NCBI GenBank assembly: GCA_013239625.1
Contig: MU053881.1
Location: 9,695,957 to 9,759,956, forward strand
Reading direction: 5' to 3'
Source of the DNA: Lama guanicoe
Lineage: Eukaryota
Length of the DNA stretch: 64,000 nucleotides
This document shows positions 13,778-27,500 of the stretch, piece by piece (position 1 is the first letter of the stretch; each line of letters opens with the position of its first letter). The position numbers and the translations under genes are program-made. The notes below the pieces were generated by a model, which made no database searches, was not told where the DNA came from, and worked only from the letters and a program-made list of their open reading frames with translations.

Positions 13778-14777
13778 TTCAAAAGACAACATTCCTTTCT
13801 CAGTCCTGTAAGGGGTCCCGGTGACCCACCCCTCACCTGGGATGTGCAAAGACCTTTGGTGAGCTTTACGTCCAATGCCAGTGTATCATTTCCCTTGAAG
13901 ACAGTGACTGGTGCAAAACAGAGTGGTCAGAGGGCCTGGGGAGATACTGGGATGCACCTAATACAAGTTCTTAGCTTAAATACTCAGTTATGACCTTATT
14001 AATGGTACTAGCTCTATTACTTGTGCCTGTTTTACAAGATTATTGCTTCTTGTGTTACCAAATGTGTGACTGAGCCTCAGATAAAACTAATGATGGTCAG
14101 GGGACCTGAAACAAGTGACCAAATATATAGATCAAGGCAGGCGGTCCAGAGGCTTCTGGTTCCTGTCAACAAGCCCTAGTCCAGTACAAGCACAGTGTGT
14201 GGCCCATCAATGAACCCTCTGCCTGACCTGGGAATGAGCATTCTCAGTGCCAGGAAACAAATCGGTCATGAAGTGCCTCCCAAACCTTGGTGGCGATTAA
14301 GACCAAAAGGGAAGGGACTGTAAAACAAAGAACGTTTCCCACCACCCAGGTCTATTCGCCACTGCGGTCGCTACAGAACATTCTGGAAGGAATTCAGGGA
14401 ACGATCAGGATAAGGCAGTCTGCTCCAGGAAAACTGGCAGAACAGGCCTGCAGATAGATATTTTCAGGAGGAATTTTTTTATGAACCTAGATTCTTGCAC
14501 CTTCCCATACGTGCAAATGCACTAAAACCGTTAACGAGAGATGTCTGCTCCTCGTGACTGACAGCAACCACTACTGAGACGTGTGCTTCATGGCATGTGT
14601 TCCCTTTGCCAAAATCACACCTACACTAACCTCCCCCACCCCGCTACCTCTGTGGAGCAGTTCTCAGAGCTCTCTCAGAGGCTGTCTTCCAAGTTATAAT
14701 CCTGAGTTTGGCTTGCATAAAATTTTCTGTTTCTTTCTTAGATTGACCATTGATCAATATTTTTTTTTTCAATGACA
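13376..14777 (+). mobile_element. ERV1-class solo LTR (about 1.2 kb plus a 203-bp duplication)
   Basis: TG at 13376, CA at 14777, 4-bp TSD GGCA (13372-13375 and 14778-14781). The 3' part ctcagagctctctcagaggctgtcttc...cataaa is typical of laurasiatherian ERV1 LTRs. Confidence 0.8.
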
Positions 14778-16717
14778 GGCATATAAAACAGGTACTAGGT
14801 CATATTTTGCCCACGGGTCACAGTTTGCTGACCTGTACATTAAACCAATTTTATTGGCTCTTTTCCCAACTTCCAGCAAGACACTAGATACCTGGCTTCT
14901 CTTTGTAAATGGAAAGTGATAATGACATATTTTCTCACTCCAGAAAGATGGCTACTGCCATCATCCCTGTGCAGTAACTACTACAGCATCTTTTAAATAA
15001 CGTGAAGGAAGAGAAGAAAAAAATAATGATTTACAATATCTTCATACTCTACATTTGGTGGACACCTAATTCAGGGTTCTAATCATTCTAACTCTGCCAC
15101 ACATGTATTGCTCAATATCTGAGTCTGTCTTTCAGTCTTAGGATGATTTCTTTATTTATTAAAGAACAGAACATGCAGCAACATAATTCCAATGTCTATC
15201 CATGAAACCAAGACTACTCAATCAGCCAGTCATTGTTAAAAAAAAAAAAAATCGCATGGAAGATTCTTTCCATGCTCTCAAAGGAAAAAAAAAAAAAGAA
15301 ACCATGATGCTTTCACTCCACAGATACTTATCAAACACACATTCTATGCAAGGCAATGTGAAAAGACAGTAACCTTTCTGGCATGTGTCCAAGAATCATC
15401 CATCTTTTTTTTTGTGTGTGTGCATTTACAAATAAGTGTGTGAAACACTTACATGAAAAACGTCACCATTATTTGGATAAACCTCAGAAGACATGCAACC
15501 ATCTTCCCTCAAGAATCAATATGACCCTGGGTTTTCAAGACCCAAGAGTTCTCCAGAGAGGGCTACAAATCAACAAGATCATCTCCAAGGGCTTGATTTG
15601 ACATGAGATACAATGGAAGACACATAAACCTGGAAGGGAAGAGCCCCCTCTCCGAAATTTAATATTGGCCAGACAAGTGCAGGGGCTCAAGAAGTCAGGC
15701 TGCATCTTCCACAAGCCAACTGTGAGTCACTCTCGCTAAACTGGCTCCACGGTTGCGATGTTCAGTTTCCAGAGGGCCCTCCTAAGAGCTGATTGGGGTA
15801 GGGGAGAATAAAAGCCAGCTTTTCCCCCAAATATATACCTCTTGGCCATCTGCCACACCAACTCAGAAAGGACATGCAGATCTGAAAACAGAAACTTCTG
15901 GGACCCTATCAGGATAATGGTAGATCTGAAGTTGGACATAGGAGCTGCTGTCAGGCACTCACACACGTGACGCAGTCTGGCTTTGGAGACCTACGGACCA
16001 GACCTGGAGAAATAAACTTGGCACAAAGGGACCCTGGCATCCTCAGCCCCAAACAAGTGAGCAACAGGAAAACTGTATGAAACTCTTCTTTTGTTTATTT
16101 TCCAAATAAGTCAGGAATCTCAAAAAAAAAAAAAAGGGAGAATAGACGAAGCTAAGACTATGACCTACTACATTAACCCCTTTCTGGGAATTTGAAGGAA
16201 ACTCATGATCTGGCTCAAGGCATGAGTCACAAACATTGAATTTCACTATCTTTCAGATGGCGGATCTTCTGCATTTATCTCATCAACTGCGTGTGGTAGA
16301 GAGTTAGGAGGTTGGGAAGTGCGTGATAAATGTGGGTGAAAGCTGGCATTTCAGGGTGCCACAGTGACCTGGGCTTCATGTAACACAGCTGTGCAGGCAT
16401 GTTGTGTGTGCACACCCACACACACACACACATCACATGCATCTAGAGAGAGAGGTGGAGAAAGAAGAACAATGAAGAAAAGATTATCTCTCACATACAC
16501 ATCTATTTTTGCAGACACAGATAGAGAAATAGTGAACAGAGAACCAATATCATCTCTCAGAGAAAAATGATTCAAGTCCTTTCAGTCTCCTCAAAGCATG
16601 CTTTCTTTGTGCCCGGATTAGGGGACAGATAATCCCTGCATTACTATTTTCTACAGGTGTCCTGAAGTCGTGTCCGTAATTTAATCTGCAGGGTAAATGA
16701 GATGCCTATATTCTCAC

Positions 16718-16811
16718 CTGGCATGACTCTCAAAACCCTGGATCTGTCTTTACAACCCTTCTGGTTTCCTGGAAAGTTCACCAAGTTGACATTTAGCACC
16801 ATGACTGAATT
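16718..16811 (-). other. Candidate 94-nt internal exon
   Basis: Acceptor tgtattcatccctctttAG| with upstream ttaat branch-like motif; strong donor CAG|GTGAGA; contains gtcATGG at 16802 with an open frame to the donor. Confidence 0.3.
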
Positions 16812-17139
16812 CTAAAGAGGGATGAATACAATGATTAATGGACTCTTTCCCCCCTCCCCTCTCTCTCCGCTTTCCCCCATGAGTCATGGTTGGCCATCGA
16901 CAAGAACAAAATATCTAACTGAGGAAAACTGTCTTCCAACCGCAGCATCTGTCTCCCTGGCAAGCTCAGCTGACAGTTGGGTCCTGGCTCTGGAACTGCT
17001 CAAGAATCTCTTTCAGGCGGTGCTATCAGTGGGCTCTCCTCCTCCGAGGTGCTGCTTCCTACTGGTTCCACTCAACTGGAAAGATGGATGTGTATATATT
17101 TATCCTTCTGAGAATCTGCTATTGTGCAAATATCTCAAA

Positions 17140-17640
17140 TTGAGACCCCCGTGGGAGGGCGCGCACGACGCGGGAGCACTGGCTTTTCTCTTTCGGTAAA
17201 ATATCCGTCAAAGAGCGAGGTGGTTCCCCAGGGTCTGCTTCTGGGTATTATATAAGCAGCTTCTCCCTCAGAAAGGAAAAGAGAGGCTTCAAGACACAGG
17301 GATAAAAATGCCCACAGTTCTCTAAGGGAATTTCAAAATAGCAAGTTGCTTAAATACCGAGGAAAGCACCTGCTTTCTCTCCAAGCCTAAAGATAGCCTG
17401 TGATGGTTGGAGACACGGAAGCAGGAGAGGGGGAGGGGAGGGGGGCGCCGGGAGGTCACGAACAGCGCAGGGGAGATTGTGGAACACACGCAACAACCTG
17501 GCAATGCACATCCAAGTCAGCGCCATCAAATTCCAGAAAGAGTCTTTCGTTGAACAAGTTCTACATTCTGGGTTTGGAAAAGTGGTCCAGGTGGAGGCAC
17601 ATTTTGTAGGCACGCTACTCCAGCAACAGCACATCTGTCT
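17140..17640 (-). promoter_or_regulatory. Intronic CpG-retaining patch, possible alternative promoter or first exon
   Basis: CpG clusters (gcgcgcacgacgcggg; ggcgccggg), G-run cluster at 17429-17452, weak minus-strand donors at 17370 (CAG|GTGCTT) and 17358 (TCG|GTATTT). Confidence 0.35.
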
Positions 17641-19454
17641 GGCTCTAATTCAGAGCCCAAAATACTTCTGTCAGGCTCTCCCTTTCCTTCTTAAAAATTT
17701 CTTCCCAAATCTACTTTATCTACTTTATTCCCCCCCCCAACAATTACTCAACCCTTAGACCCCGGGGAGGCTCCTGATTCTTAAAACGAATTAGGAAAGA
17801 TCTCCAGTTATGATTTGATCCCATTTTAGACTGAGAAGAAAGCAGCAAATGGAAAAGACAGGCACTCCTTTATGTGGCCTGAGTTACTTTTGAAATTTGC
17901 TTCATTCAAAGACCAGAATAGCATGGAGCACCTTCAAACTATGAAAAAGAAGTCAACCGGACCTATTATTTGTAACTCTCTCAGTGCAAGTAAAAATAAT
18001 TTCACCACCTCCTCCAAAGACCCAGAGGCGTTTGAGAGAATCCACGAAGCTCCGTACATTTAGTATTTTCTAAGAATAACTACAGAGCAAAAGATTAAGC
18101 CTTCAAATATCTCACTTATGTAAGTCTGACAACAACAAAAAGATACACAGTGGAAAAGACAAATCTCAAACAAAACGTGGAAAAGAGGCTTTTGCAGAAA
18201 ACTATTCCTCTGGCTAGATCTCTTTTGTTTACAAGAAGAAGTAGAATTTGGACCCATTATAAATTCCTTCTTATGGTCCCCTCTGTGAATTGAGGTTGTT
18301 AAAGTAACATTGTAATTATCTTTTATCTATAGCATAATTTATTTATACTATGAAGTCCCCTTTCACATTTTTAGAGTCTTAATAAGTGACTGCTCTCCTT
18401 AGCAATCGGGAAAAATAATGTCAAAATATGAAACAAATTATTTGTTTCACCATTTTTCCCCCTCAAAACTACGAATGTGACTCCAATAAAAACATGGCTA
18501 CAATTTTGTTTTAAATGTTTCAAATTTTTTTCTTCAACTTCAGAGGTCAAATTTAGAACTGAACCAACTATGAATATAAATAAGATTGTAGGCCATGCCT
18601 CAAGCGGGTGTCTTTTCAAGTAAAAGACAAGACTTACTAATAGTCCCATTTGTTTTCCATTAAAAATCTACTCATTTTATTCACAGCAATCCACATGCCA
18701 GTGTGTGAGCCTGCTCGGACAAAGCCTTTGCTTTGTGTGTATCAGATGCAAAATTTACTTAAATTCCCGATAATTGCAAGTGCATCTGCTAGGCATTGTC
18801 ACTGGTCTATACGAACATTTCCACAGTGTATACAAAAAGCAATTACCCAACAACTAAAGAAAAAGAAACAGTCATTTCTGCAAATCACAGCCAGCTCCTT
18901 TATCGAGGAATGAGTTTGTGCTAAAAGAATGCTACCCCAAAACACTTCTTAAAAATAAAATGCATTCCCTCACATCACATACATTAACTATACAGAGCAA
19001 AAAAAAAAAAAAAAAGGGAGCTTTTTCAACTGTTAAATTACTAGGTCTGAAATGAGGATCGCTGTAATTTCAAATAAAATCATCTCACAAAACATTAAAG
19101 TTCCACCCCCACCCCGACGCCCCAGAGAAAACAAAACAAAACAAAACAAAAAAAAAACCCAGCCGATTTAAACCAATTTGATGTACTGGTTTATGTCCTT
19201 ATTCTGTATTTGTGACAAAATATGCCAATAATTGTCACTTACCCGACTGATCATCGGGTTTTACTTCCCTAATTTGAGACACAAGTGCACAGACTCAAGA
19301 ACGTCAAGAAAAGTCAAACGGGTCTTTTTTTTTTTTTTTTAAATGAAACAATTAAAAAGTCTTCACTGAAAAGTTTTTGCTCTATTCACTACATAGTGGA
19401 TTCTACACATACCTAAGTTTCTCCAGTTGCCCTATTTGGTCAACAGTTCTCTGT

Positions 19455-19655
19455 CTTTCTCTCCTTCGTTCTTTCCCCCTTTCCTTCCTTTCCTTTCCTT
19501 TACCTTCCTTCCTTCTTCCCTTCCCTCCCCTCCCCTCCCTTCCTTCTTTCTTTCTTTCCTTCACCTTCCTTCCTTCTTCCCTTCCCTTCCCTCCCCTCCC
19601 CTCCCTTCCTTCTTTCTTTCTTTCCTTCTTTCTCTCTCCCCACCCCTTTTCTTTT
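19455..19655. repeat. Polypyrimidine (CTTC/CTTT/CCCT) tract with an internal ~60-bp duplication
   Basis: Directly visible; it generates the spurious low-complexity ORFs at 19377-19811. Confidence 0.95.
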
Positions 19656-21029
19656 TTAATCTTCATGAACAGTCCCATTTGGACGGTCACATTCAACACA
19701 GTCAACCTTCCTTCAAAGCCCAACCCAGTTTTCAGACTGTTACACCTCACGTCAACTAAACATCAACAACACTCCTCCTCAAGGGCCTATAAGGACAATC
19801 TGTTCTTTTAACAAAATCTCGAGGCCATTCACAATGATCACAGTGGTGTCATCAGAACAGAAAACGATTTAACACACAGACTAAAAAAAAAAATGTGCGT
19901 GATGTTTGATCTGTTTGAAATCTATCAAGTCAGTGGCCACTTATTTCCTGCTACACTTTCATTTAAATATCTTCATTATCATTTTGTAAAATGTATTTTA
20001 TGTTACCAGCCAAAGCTATTAGTCAGTAACCAAAAAAAAAAAAAAATTCCCTATTCCCCAAACTAGAGAACTATCATTATCATTAATATTTCATGAAACT
20101 GCATTAAATGAGACAATATTCAATATTTAACTACCTAATCCTACAATAATTTATATTAGAAAATACCAACCACATGAGAATTCAGTCAGTTGGATTATTT
20201 TATTGGATGAACCTTTGTCATAATTAATAACACTGCAGTATCTCATAGTTTTTCAGCACAGAATGTAACATCCAAGGACTGAAAGTGATTTTGTTTCTAA
20301 TTAATTCTCAAAATCCCTGGGAGACAGTGATAGAAGGATAAATATATTAATTTGGAAGTAAAGAAGAAGGGACTGAGCCTCCAGATGCAAAAGTTTTACG
20401 AGAGACAGGGATTGCTTGTGTGGGTCCTACACCTCACCAGTTCGGCTAACAATTTAGTGAGGAAAGCGTGTTCGAACCTCAGAGAGCCTAAACGGAGGGA
20501 AAAAAAGAAACATGGTTTTACTTCTTTCAAGAACCACAATTACTCTTATTAGCAGTTTATAAGTAGAAAGTTGGTCTCGTCTTTTACCCCAGATTCCTAT
20601 TCACTTCCTTCCACGCAAATTACTCAGCCATCCAGATGTTTTCCTTATGTCCTTTAAACCAAACTTCACTTTTTCATACGATTTATCAACTTTACCTATT
20701 TATACATACGCAACCTTCAGACCATTCTAAGTAAATTATCTTTCATTTCAACAGGAGAAGAATTCAAATGGGTAACACTGTAATATGGCTCTTGGTGATA
20801 ATAAAAAGAATTCTTCATGACGAACATATGTGAGATTGGCATATGCTAAAATCAAAAGCCTTGTACTTTGTGCCCTTATAATGAGGACTGTCTTCCAGCC
20901 CATTTTAGTTCTGCCTGCTGTCTGCCTTTCGAGTTCATGCCCTGAGGCCCTTGTGGTCCATCCCCTAAGATCCTACAGGTCACTTACGGTAAATACTTGC
21001 TGAGGCATTTTTTGTTTTATCTTTTGGTT

Positions 21030-21505
21030 GACTGCCTCCCACTTTTATTTTGAGGGAACTCCATCATTTGTATCTTGCTCAACATCTAGGTCGCCTTGCC
21101 TCACTATGGAGCACAAAGGATCAGCCTCTCAACTTCCCAGAACAAGGCTATGACACTTGATCAAGATGCAGCCAATCAGAAGGAGGTACCTGACCAGAAC
21201 TTTGCGTAGAGAGCCAAGGATCCCCAGAAGAAAAGACAGGGGTACCAGGTCTGGTACACAGAGTCCCCTCTCCAGGGCGGCAGTGCTGGCTGATGCTAAC
21301 GGCAGCGGCAGAGCCCAGAGTCAGGGATGTGGACAGCCACAGCTGGGCACCCAGTATTCAGCATCAGAAGCAGAAGCGCCTGCCTGGTTCTGCATCTTTC
21401 TTGGTGATGCCATTATTTGCATTATCCTTCTAATACATTCCCTTTCTGTCGATGTGAGCCGTAATTAGTCTTTTCAAATTATAAGTAAGAATATAACCCA
21501 ATTCC
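21030..21505 (+). mobile_element. ERVL solo LTR, LTR33-like
   Basis: cagccaatcaga, ggcggcag/ggcagcggcag-rich middle, and gcctggttct...tatccttctaatacattccctttctg near the 3' end. Confidence 0.6.
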
Positions 21506-24500
21506 ACAACCAAAAATAATAAATCAAATTGTGCTTTTACTCTGTGTTGGTTAATTGTATAAACCACTGGGAAATAAATTAAGAGATTCTGCAATATTGT
21601 GAGTTGCAAAGAACATTCTCTCATCATAAAGACTAGGAAACATCCTATCCAGATGGACTCCTGCAGCAAATGGTAAGTGGGCTCAGAAATCCTTAGAAAT
21701 TCATGTACCCAACAGGCAAAGAGCCAGGAGTCAAAGTTTAAATGAGGGTTGCATTAGCCAAGCCATTCCTATTTTTCTTAGCCATTGCTTCTCTCATTCG
21801 GATCCACAAGGAACAGAAGATGGAAAAGAAATTTGATGGTTTAGCGATGATTTGCTAGAAATGAGATATGCACATCTTGAAAATCAGAGTGAAAATGAGC
21901 ATTAATCAAGGGCCTGGCCAGTGCTATCAAAAGTCAAATCTGGCCGCCAGAAGTCCAGGAAGCTACTACCTGGGGCTGTGGAAAGGGTCGGCACCTCTGT
22001 GCGCTCCTCCTTTGCCATCCACTTCCAGAGCTATTCACCTGGTACTTTTCAAGAATATTACCATTCCCACAAATGACTGATAAGAGATATATTTGAGAAA
22101 GGAGTAAGTTTTGAAAACTAAATCCCTGACCCTATATATTCACCCTATGCTTCCAAGTTCAAAAGGGAAAAGTGCTCCTTTAGAGAACATTTTTCATCCA
22201 TGGGAACATTTGGAAATTTTCTTTCCTTCCCGATTTCAATCATTTTCCAAAGCCCTCCATTTAAAAAAAAAAAAAAGGTAAATCATAAATTGATTCATTG
22301 GTCATGAAAAATGTAAATTGACAGCTTTGGGGCACGACATCCTTCATCGACTCACTGATTGAATTTACACAGGTAACAGGCGTGTCCTAAAAATGACCAG
22401 CATCAGAATCTGTCTTTCCTCTGAAACCTAGATGTTATCCTGGCAAGAATCCACAGCTTAATACTAGCCTTCTGGCGTTACGCCTTACTTAAAACATGTC
22501 TGCTATTAGATATCTGAATTTAAAAGAAAGGAAGCTGAGAAGTTATATTCCTGACCTCCCTCGAAGCCATGGGTGTCTCAAAGTAAATGCATTTGGAGTT
22601 TCAGCACGACGCTACAAGAAACAAAACAAAACGACTACTAACTTCTGTAATTAAAATATGATTTTACACACACAATCATACTTTTGCCGGCAAACTATAA
22701 GCTTCTAAACCTGAAACCAATAATACACACACCTCACCCCAAACACTACATGACTCTGTGTAAACCCCATGGGGGTTTAATAAACAGTTATGAATTGACT
22801 GACAAGAGGGAAAAAACAAGAAATGACAACCTTCAGGGTAGCCGTAACACAATTTTAACTTGAAAATTGCCCAGGAATAGACTTCACAATCTATGGGAAC
22901 GTACACAAATCATATAAAAAGAACTGGTTCCCCTTATGTACCAAGACAGTCCTTAGGGAAAAAAAAATCACTGTTGTAGGAAGGAGAGTTCGGGCTCTTT
23001 ATCTATTTACTGCTTGGCTTCTTCAGTGAATCCAGCTGAGAGCAACTTTTATTCTGCAATGAAGGTTATTACAGAATAACTTTTAAAATACAGATCAGAA
23101 TAAATGCAAAATTTAGCTCATCTCTCATATTTTCCTGCTAAGCCAACAGGTATAAAACTACCTTTTCCTCTCCGCTCTCAAGATTCACATTGCCATTTTA
23201 ATTTCGCTGCAGCCAGTCGTAACAAAACCATAATGCACAATGCTTAAGTAGTTCCTTCAACAGCAGCATCCCCAAATAAACGGCAATTAGCAATAAATCA
23301 TAATTTACCCATTGTCTTCTCTAAAGGACGCATTCACAGTGCGCTACGATTCTTAAAAAACGCATTTCATTCAGTGTTTCCTTGAAGACAGTCCTCACAT
23401 GCCTCAAGTTCCCAAGCGGTTTTGTGTGTTTGTTTGTTTCCCTGAAGTTGACATGCACGGTCTACCTTAAGGGTATGGACAGGGTAGATGAACAGAAAAT
23501 GTAGTGGTCCCTGGAATTCAAGAATGGCAGAGATAAGATAATGCTTCTGTTACTAGTTTACTTGCCCCATTAACTTGAAATGGTGGTTATTCCACTTATT
23601 ATCTGTTTTGAAGAACAACTTGCACAATGATAAATCTCCAAAAATGTATGAGAAGAGAGAAAACACTAAGAAATAAGCTATGCTCAAAATCAATCTCATT
23701 GAATTGGGCCAGGGGTGGGTAAAAAAATGAGAAGAAAACATTTCTGGTGGCAGTAAGGAATTTAAAAAAATGTATCTGCGAGAACAAAAATGCCTGTGTA
23801 TGTCTTTGCCATCAAAGATCAAAAACAAAAGCTATGTTAATTCACTGCTTTAACCATGTTGTCTTAGCACTTACTCATCGGGGTACCAGGCAGTGGTCAA
23901 TAACCTTGCAAATGCCACCTTGCAGACCCCTTCACCCTTCCCACTCACCAAACCTCATCCCACCCCACCATCCTTTCCCTGCTTCCCACAGTCCAGGGCA
24001 CAGTCAAGGGGCAGGCTTGGTCATCCGCACTGTAGCATAATTTGAGTTTGTTTTCCAACACACACCTCTGAACATCTAAATCACTACTTGTTTCTAAGCA
24101 CAACGAACTCCTTACATTTCCTCCTAACATTAAATCTAGGGGTTAAGAAAAATCTGGTAACAACTCCGAATCTTTTCCAGATCTTCCTAACATCAAACCA
24201 AACACATTTTCAGGGTGATAGTTATTTTTCAGTTTTCAGTCCCCCCACCTTGATAGCAATGAGAAATGATAGGGTTGTGCTTTTCGTTTGTTTGTTTGCT
24301 TGTTTCCCTTATTTTCTTGGCAGGCTCCTCTGGATTGTGAGAAGTGATGATTGATCATTTTTCCACACTCATCCATGGCCCTCTCTGCGGCCATGTGTAA
24401 ATACGCCAATGGCTAATTAAGCAACAGACACATCCAATAAATATAATAAATAAATTTGATTTTTTTCCCCTTAGTAATTGGTTTCATCTGACTGAGTCTG

Positions 24501-27500
24501 ATTATGTGTGGGGATATATAAACAGGATTAGAGAGGAGAAAAATTAGATGCTATGTCACACAAATTGCAGAGCCCTAACCACTGCAAAATATTTTTGTAA
24601 TAATTATATTATTATTCTTAGGGTTAGAGAAGCAGTTTGTGTCTTCCCCAGAAGTGGAGGTGAGGCTAAAAATAAAACTTGGTGCCATGATTATTGCTAT
24701 AAGGAAATGGTAGCCAAATACAGAATACATTTTCCTCTGGTCTGCAAACTCAACCCACAAACTCACACTGCCTTTCCCTGGTGTCTCCACTAAATCCATG
24801 CAAGTAGCACCAAACTTTACTGAGGTCTCTAATTCCAGGGGTCACATCACACCAGACGACACGAGGAGATACGAGTGGGGCATATGGAAGATGGAGAATG
24901 AGAAGATGTTTGTCTATAGTCACTGCCTGAGCCAACCCTAAACTACAGTTAAATTAAGTCACTTTTCTAATATACTCTCAAGAGACACAAAGAGCAAAGC
25001 TTTAGCTTGTATTTAAAAAACAAAAACAAAAACAAAACACCCACCTCTATTCTCATTTAACTTTCTTACACATCCTTTCGGCATCAAATGGCTCTTAACC
25101 ATACGATTTAGCTCTTAGGGGAGCACAGAACTTAGCCTGTCTTGGGAATCTAAAAACTGCTTATTGAAGAAAAAATGAATAAAATAAAAGACTGAAATAT
25201 ATTTATCTGCAGCTTTAATTTGTCTATGTTCCTTCCCAGTAATAGATAGTATCTACTGAAATGTATGGTATATAACCATATACTCTCCCATTGGAAATGG
25301 CTTAGAAAAATTATCACAGTTAAGATCAAAAGGTCTGTTGGAATAAGATCTCTAATAATGAGTATGATTTTAGCTATGCAGATATTTACTGTTTGAAAGA
25401 AGGACATATACGTGGACATAGCTGTTTCTCTCATCAATCTCATTCTTAGAAATAATCTAAGACCCTAACTTGACTACTTCTATCATTTAAGACAAAATTT
25501 TTAAGTGGCACTTAAAAAATATTGTTACAAATATACAAAGCAGCTTATACAATTTTGTGTTTTTTTTGTTTTTGTTTTTTACATCAGGGGATTTTTTTTT
25601 TAACCTTTGCCAAAATCACTTCTATTTAATGATGTATTTCATTTTCCACATACACTCTTATTCCTCTAATTGAAGAAGAAGAAAAGTCAAAACACTGAGT
25701 ATCAGTTAAACTCTAAGCAATAATAAAAATGACATTTAAACATAAGCCTTTTCCAAAACAATCTTCTACAGAAATATCCTCTGAAGACTTTAAATAATTA
25801 CATTATTGTTGGTATCAATTCTATCTTCACCAAATAAATTATATTCTCTGACTTTAGTTTTTGCCTCCTAATAGGTAAACTGAAGACTGGGGAAACTAAA
25901 CAAACAAACAAACAAGTGACTTATTCTTTTGCACCAAATTCATAAATCAATTCTTTATTTTATAAGGGCCATAACTCCCTTTTATATATCACAAAATAAA
26001 TGTTTTACCAAGGCCAGACTAATAGAAATGGATCCTACAAAATTTCTAATATTCTTTAACAGGCTGAAGCTTATACAGCTAAATTACTGAGTCACCAGAA
26101 CAATTAAATAGACCTGTCTTTTAGAAAACTGAGTCCCAAACTTTAAAAGGTCTGCCTCATCTCCCAGATATCACACACTACTGAGATGATAAGAACTAAA
26201 CGGGGAAATCTGGCATCACATTTGTATGTGAATAACCTGTGGCAGAATGAAATCAGGGAGAGGAGGACGGAGGGCAAGTCTTCACGCGTGATCTCAATAC
26301 ATGTCAAGGATAGCAAAGCCCCCTTCTGCAAGAACTGAAGTCAAGGCCTGAGAAGGCTAAATTCTTTAAGAAACCATCTCCTTCCTCCCAAACCATGCAC
26401 TAATATGTTCCCAATACGGGTGCAGAATCTTTGGTACCCACCACCGATATTCTGGGGAAGTGATGAGGAAGGCATTCAATCACGCCATTAGAATCAGACA
26501 TCAATTCATATTGTCCAGGGTGAGGAGAGAAATCCTTGTTGGGGAAACGAGATTTTGCTTTAACATATTAGCTGTATTATTTAGCTTCAATTTCTATTCA
26601 CTAAATTTACATAAAAGGAGTTAAAACACCTGCTCTCTTCTCCCCTACACTACTGCTGAAAAGCATGTGACTGTACTTTTTTCCCCTGATAATTCTTTTT
26701 GTCTAAAAGATTCGGATTTCTACGCTTAGGAGAGCTGGACCAATTAAAGTCTTTCAGCAAAAACGAGGGAATTTGATTTGCAAACTATTTCTCAATGTGC
26801 TTCATTTTTTTGCCATGAGGAATTCATAAAAAAAAAAAGGTGCAATATTTCAAGTACAAAATCACATTGGAGAATGTGATGTATTAACTGGATGTGGGGC
26901 AGTGAGTAGCGTGAATTTTAGGGAAAAGATTTGATACCTCTTCAACTTCATAAAATCTTTTAGAAATACGGGCAGGATACATTTAGCATAGCTAAAATAA
27001 TTAAGTAGTGGTTTACCTTTGTTAGGTAGAGAAAACAATCCTATATATATATGTATAATTTACTGGTAGCGCAAAGTCTTGAACATTGTGAATGTTCCTT
27101 TTACAAAGCAAACCAGAAACCAGGAGTACAAAGAAATACTTTGACAAAGCTACTATTTGCTGTCATTACAGAAGACTCATAAAATTACTGCTGGTTTCAC
27201 AAATTTTTACATGGGGTATTATCTAATTAGATCTACATCACATTTTATGAAACATTGCTATGCCCCTTTCCTATTAAGGATGTATCAAAAGACAGCCATC
27301 CACTGAAAAAAATTGCTCTTACAATCTTCCCTGAAGATTGAGAATCTGTTGCATGTACTATGAGTACAGAATGGAAGGTTTCTCTCTGTGAGTCTATCAG
27401 GGATACTAGGACCCAGGAAGTTAAAAAAAATAAAATAAAACTGTTGCTTCACACAAAGTAATGAGAGAGGAAAACATATGCTTTCCACATAGTCCCGTTT

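Larger units (their letters stand above)
13098..14838 (+). mobile_element. MER58B-like hAT MITE split by the LTR insertion (pieces about 13098-13375 and 14778-14838)
   Basis: Left piece: cagtaaatattttagg...gttccaataaaattttatttatggacac. Right piece: aaaacaggt...gcccacgggtcacagtttgctgacc, which continues the consensus. Confidence 0.75.

Noticed and set aside
13369..13811. Two identical small ORFs as tandem paralogous genes
   Set aside because: By-product of the 203-bp duplication in a non-coding LTR.
19377..19811. ORFs of 110-144 aa
   Set aside because: Translations of the polypyrimidine tract.
22599..22620. REST/RE1 site (TTCAGCAC...)
   Set aside because: Only the left half-site; the GGACAG half is absent.
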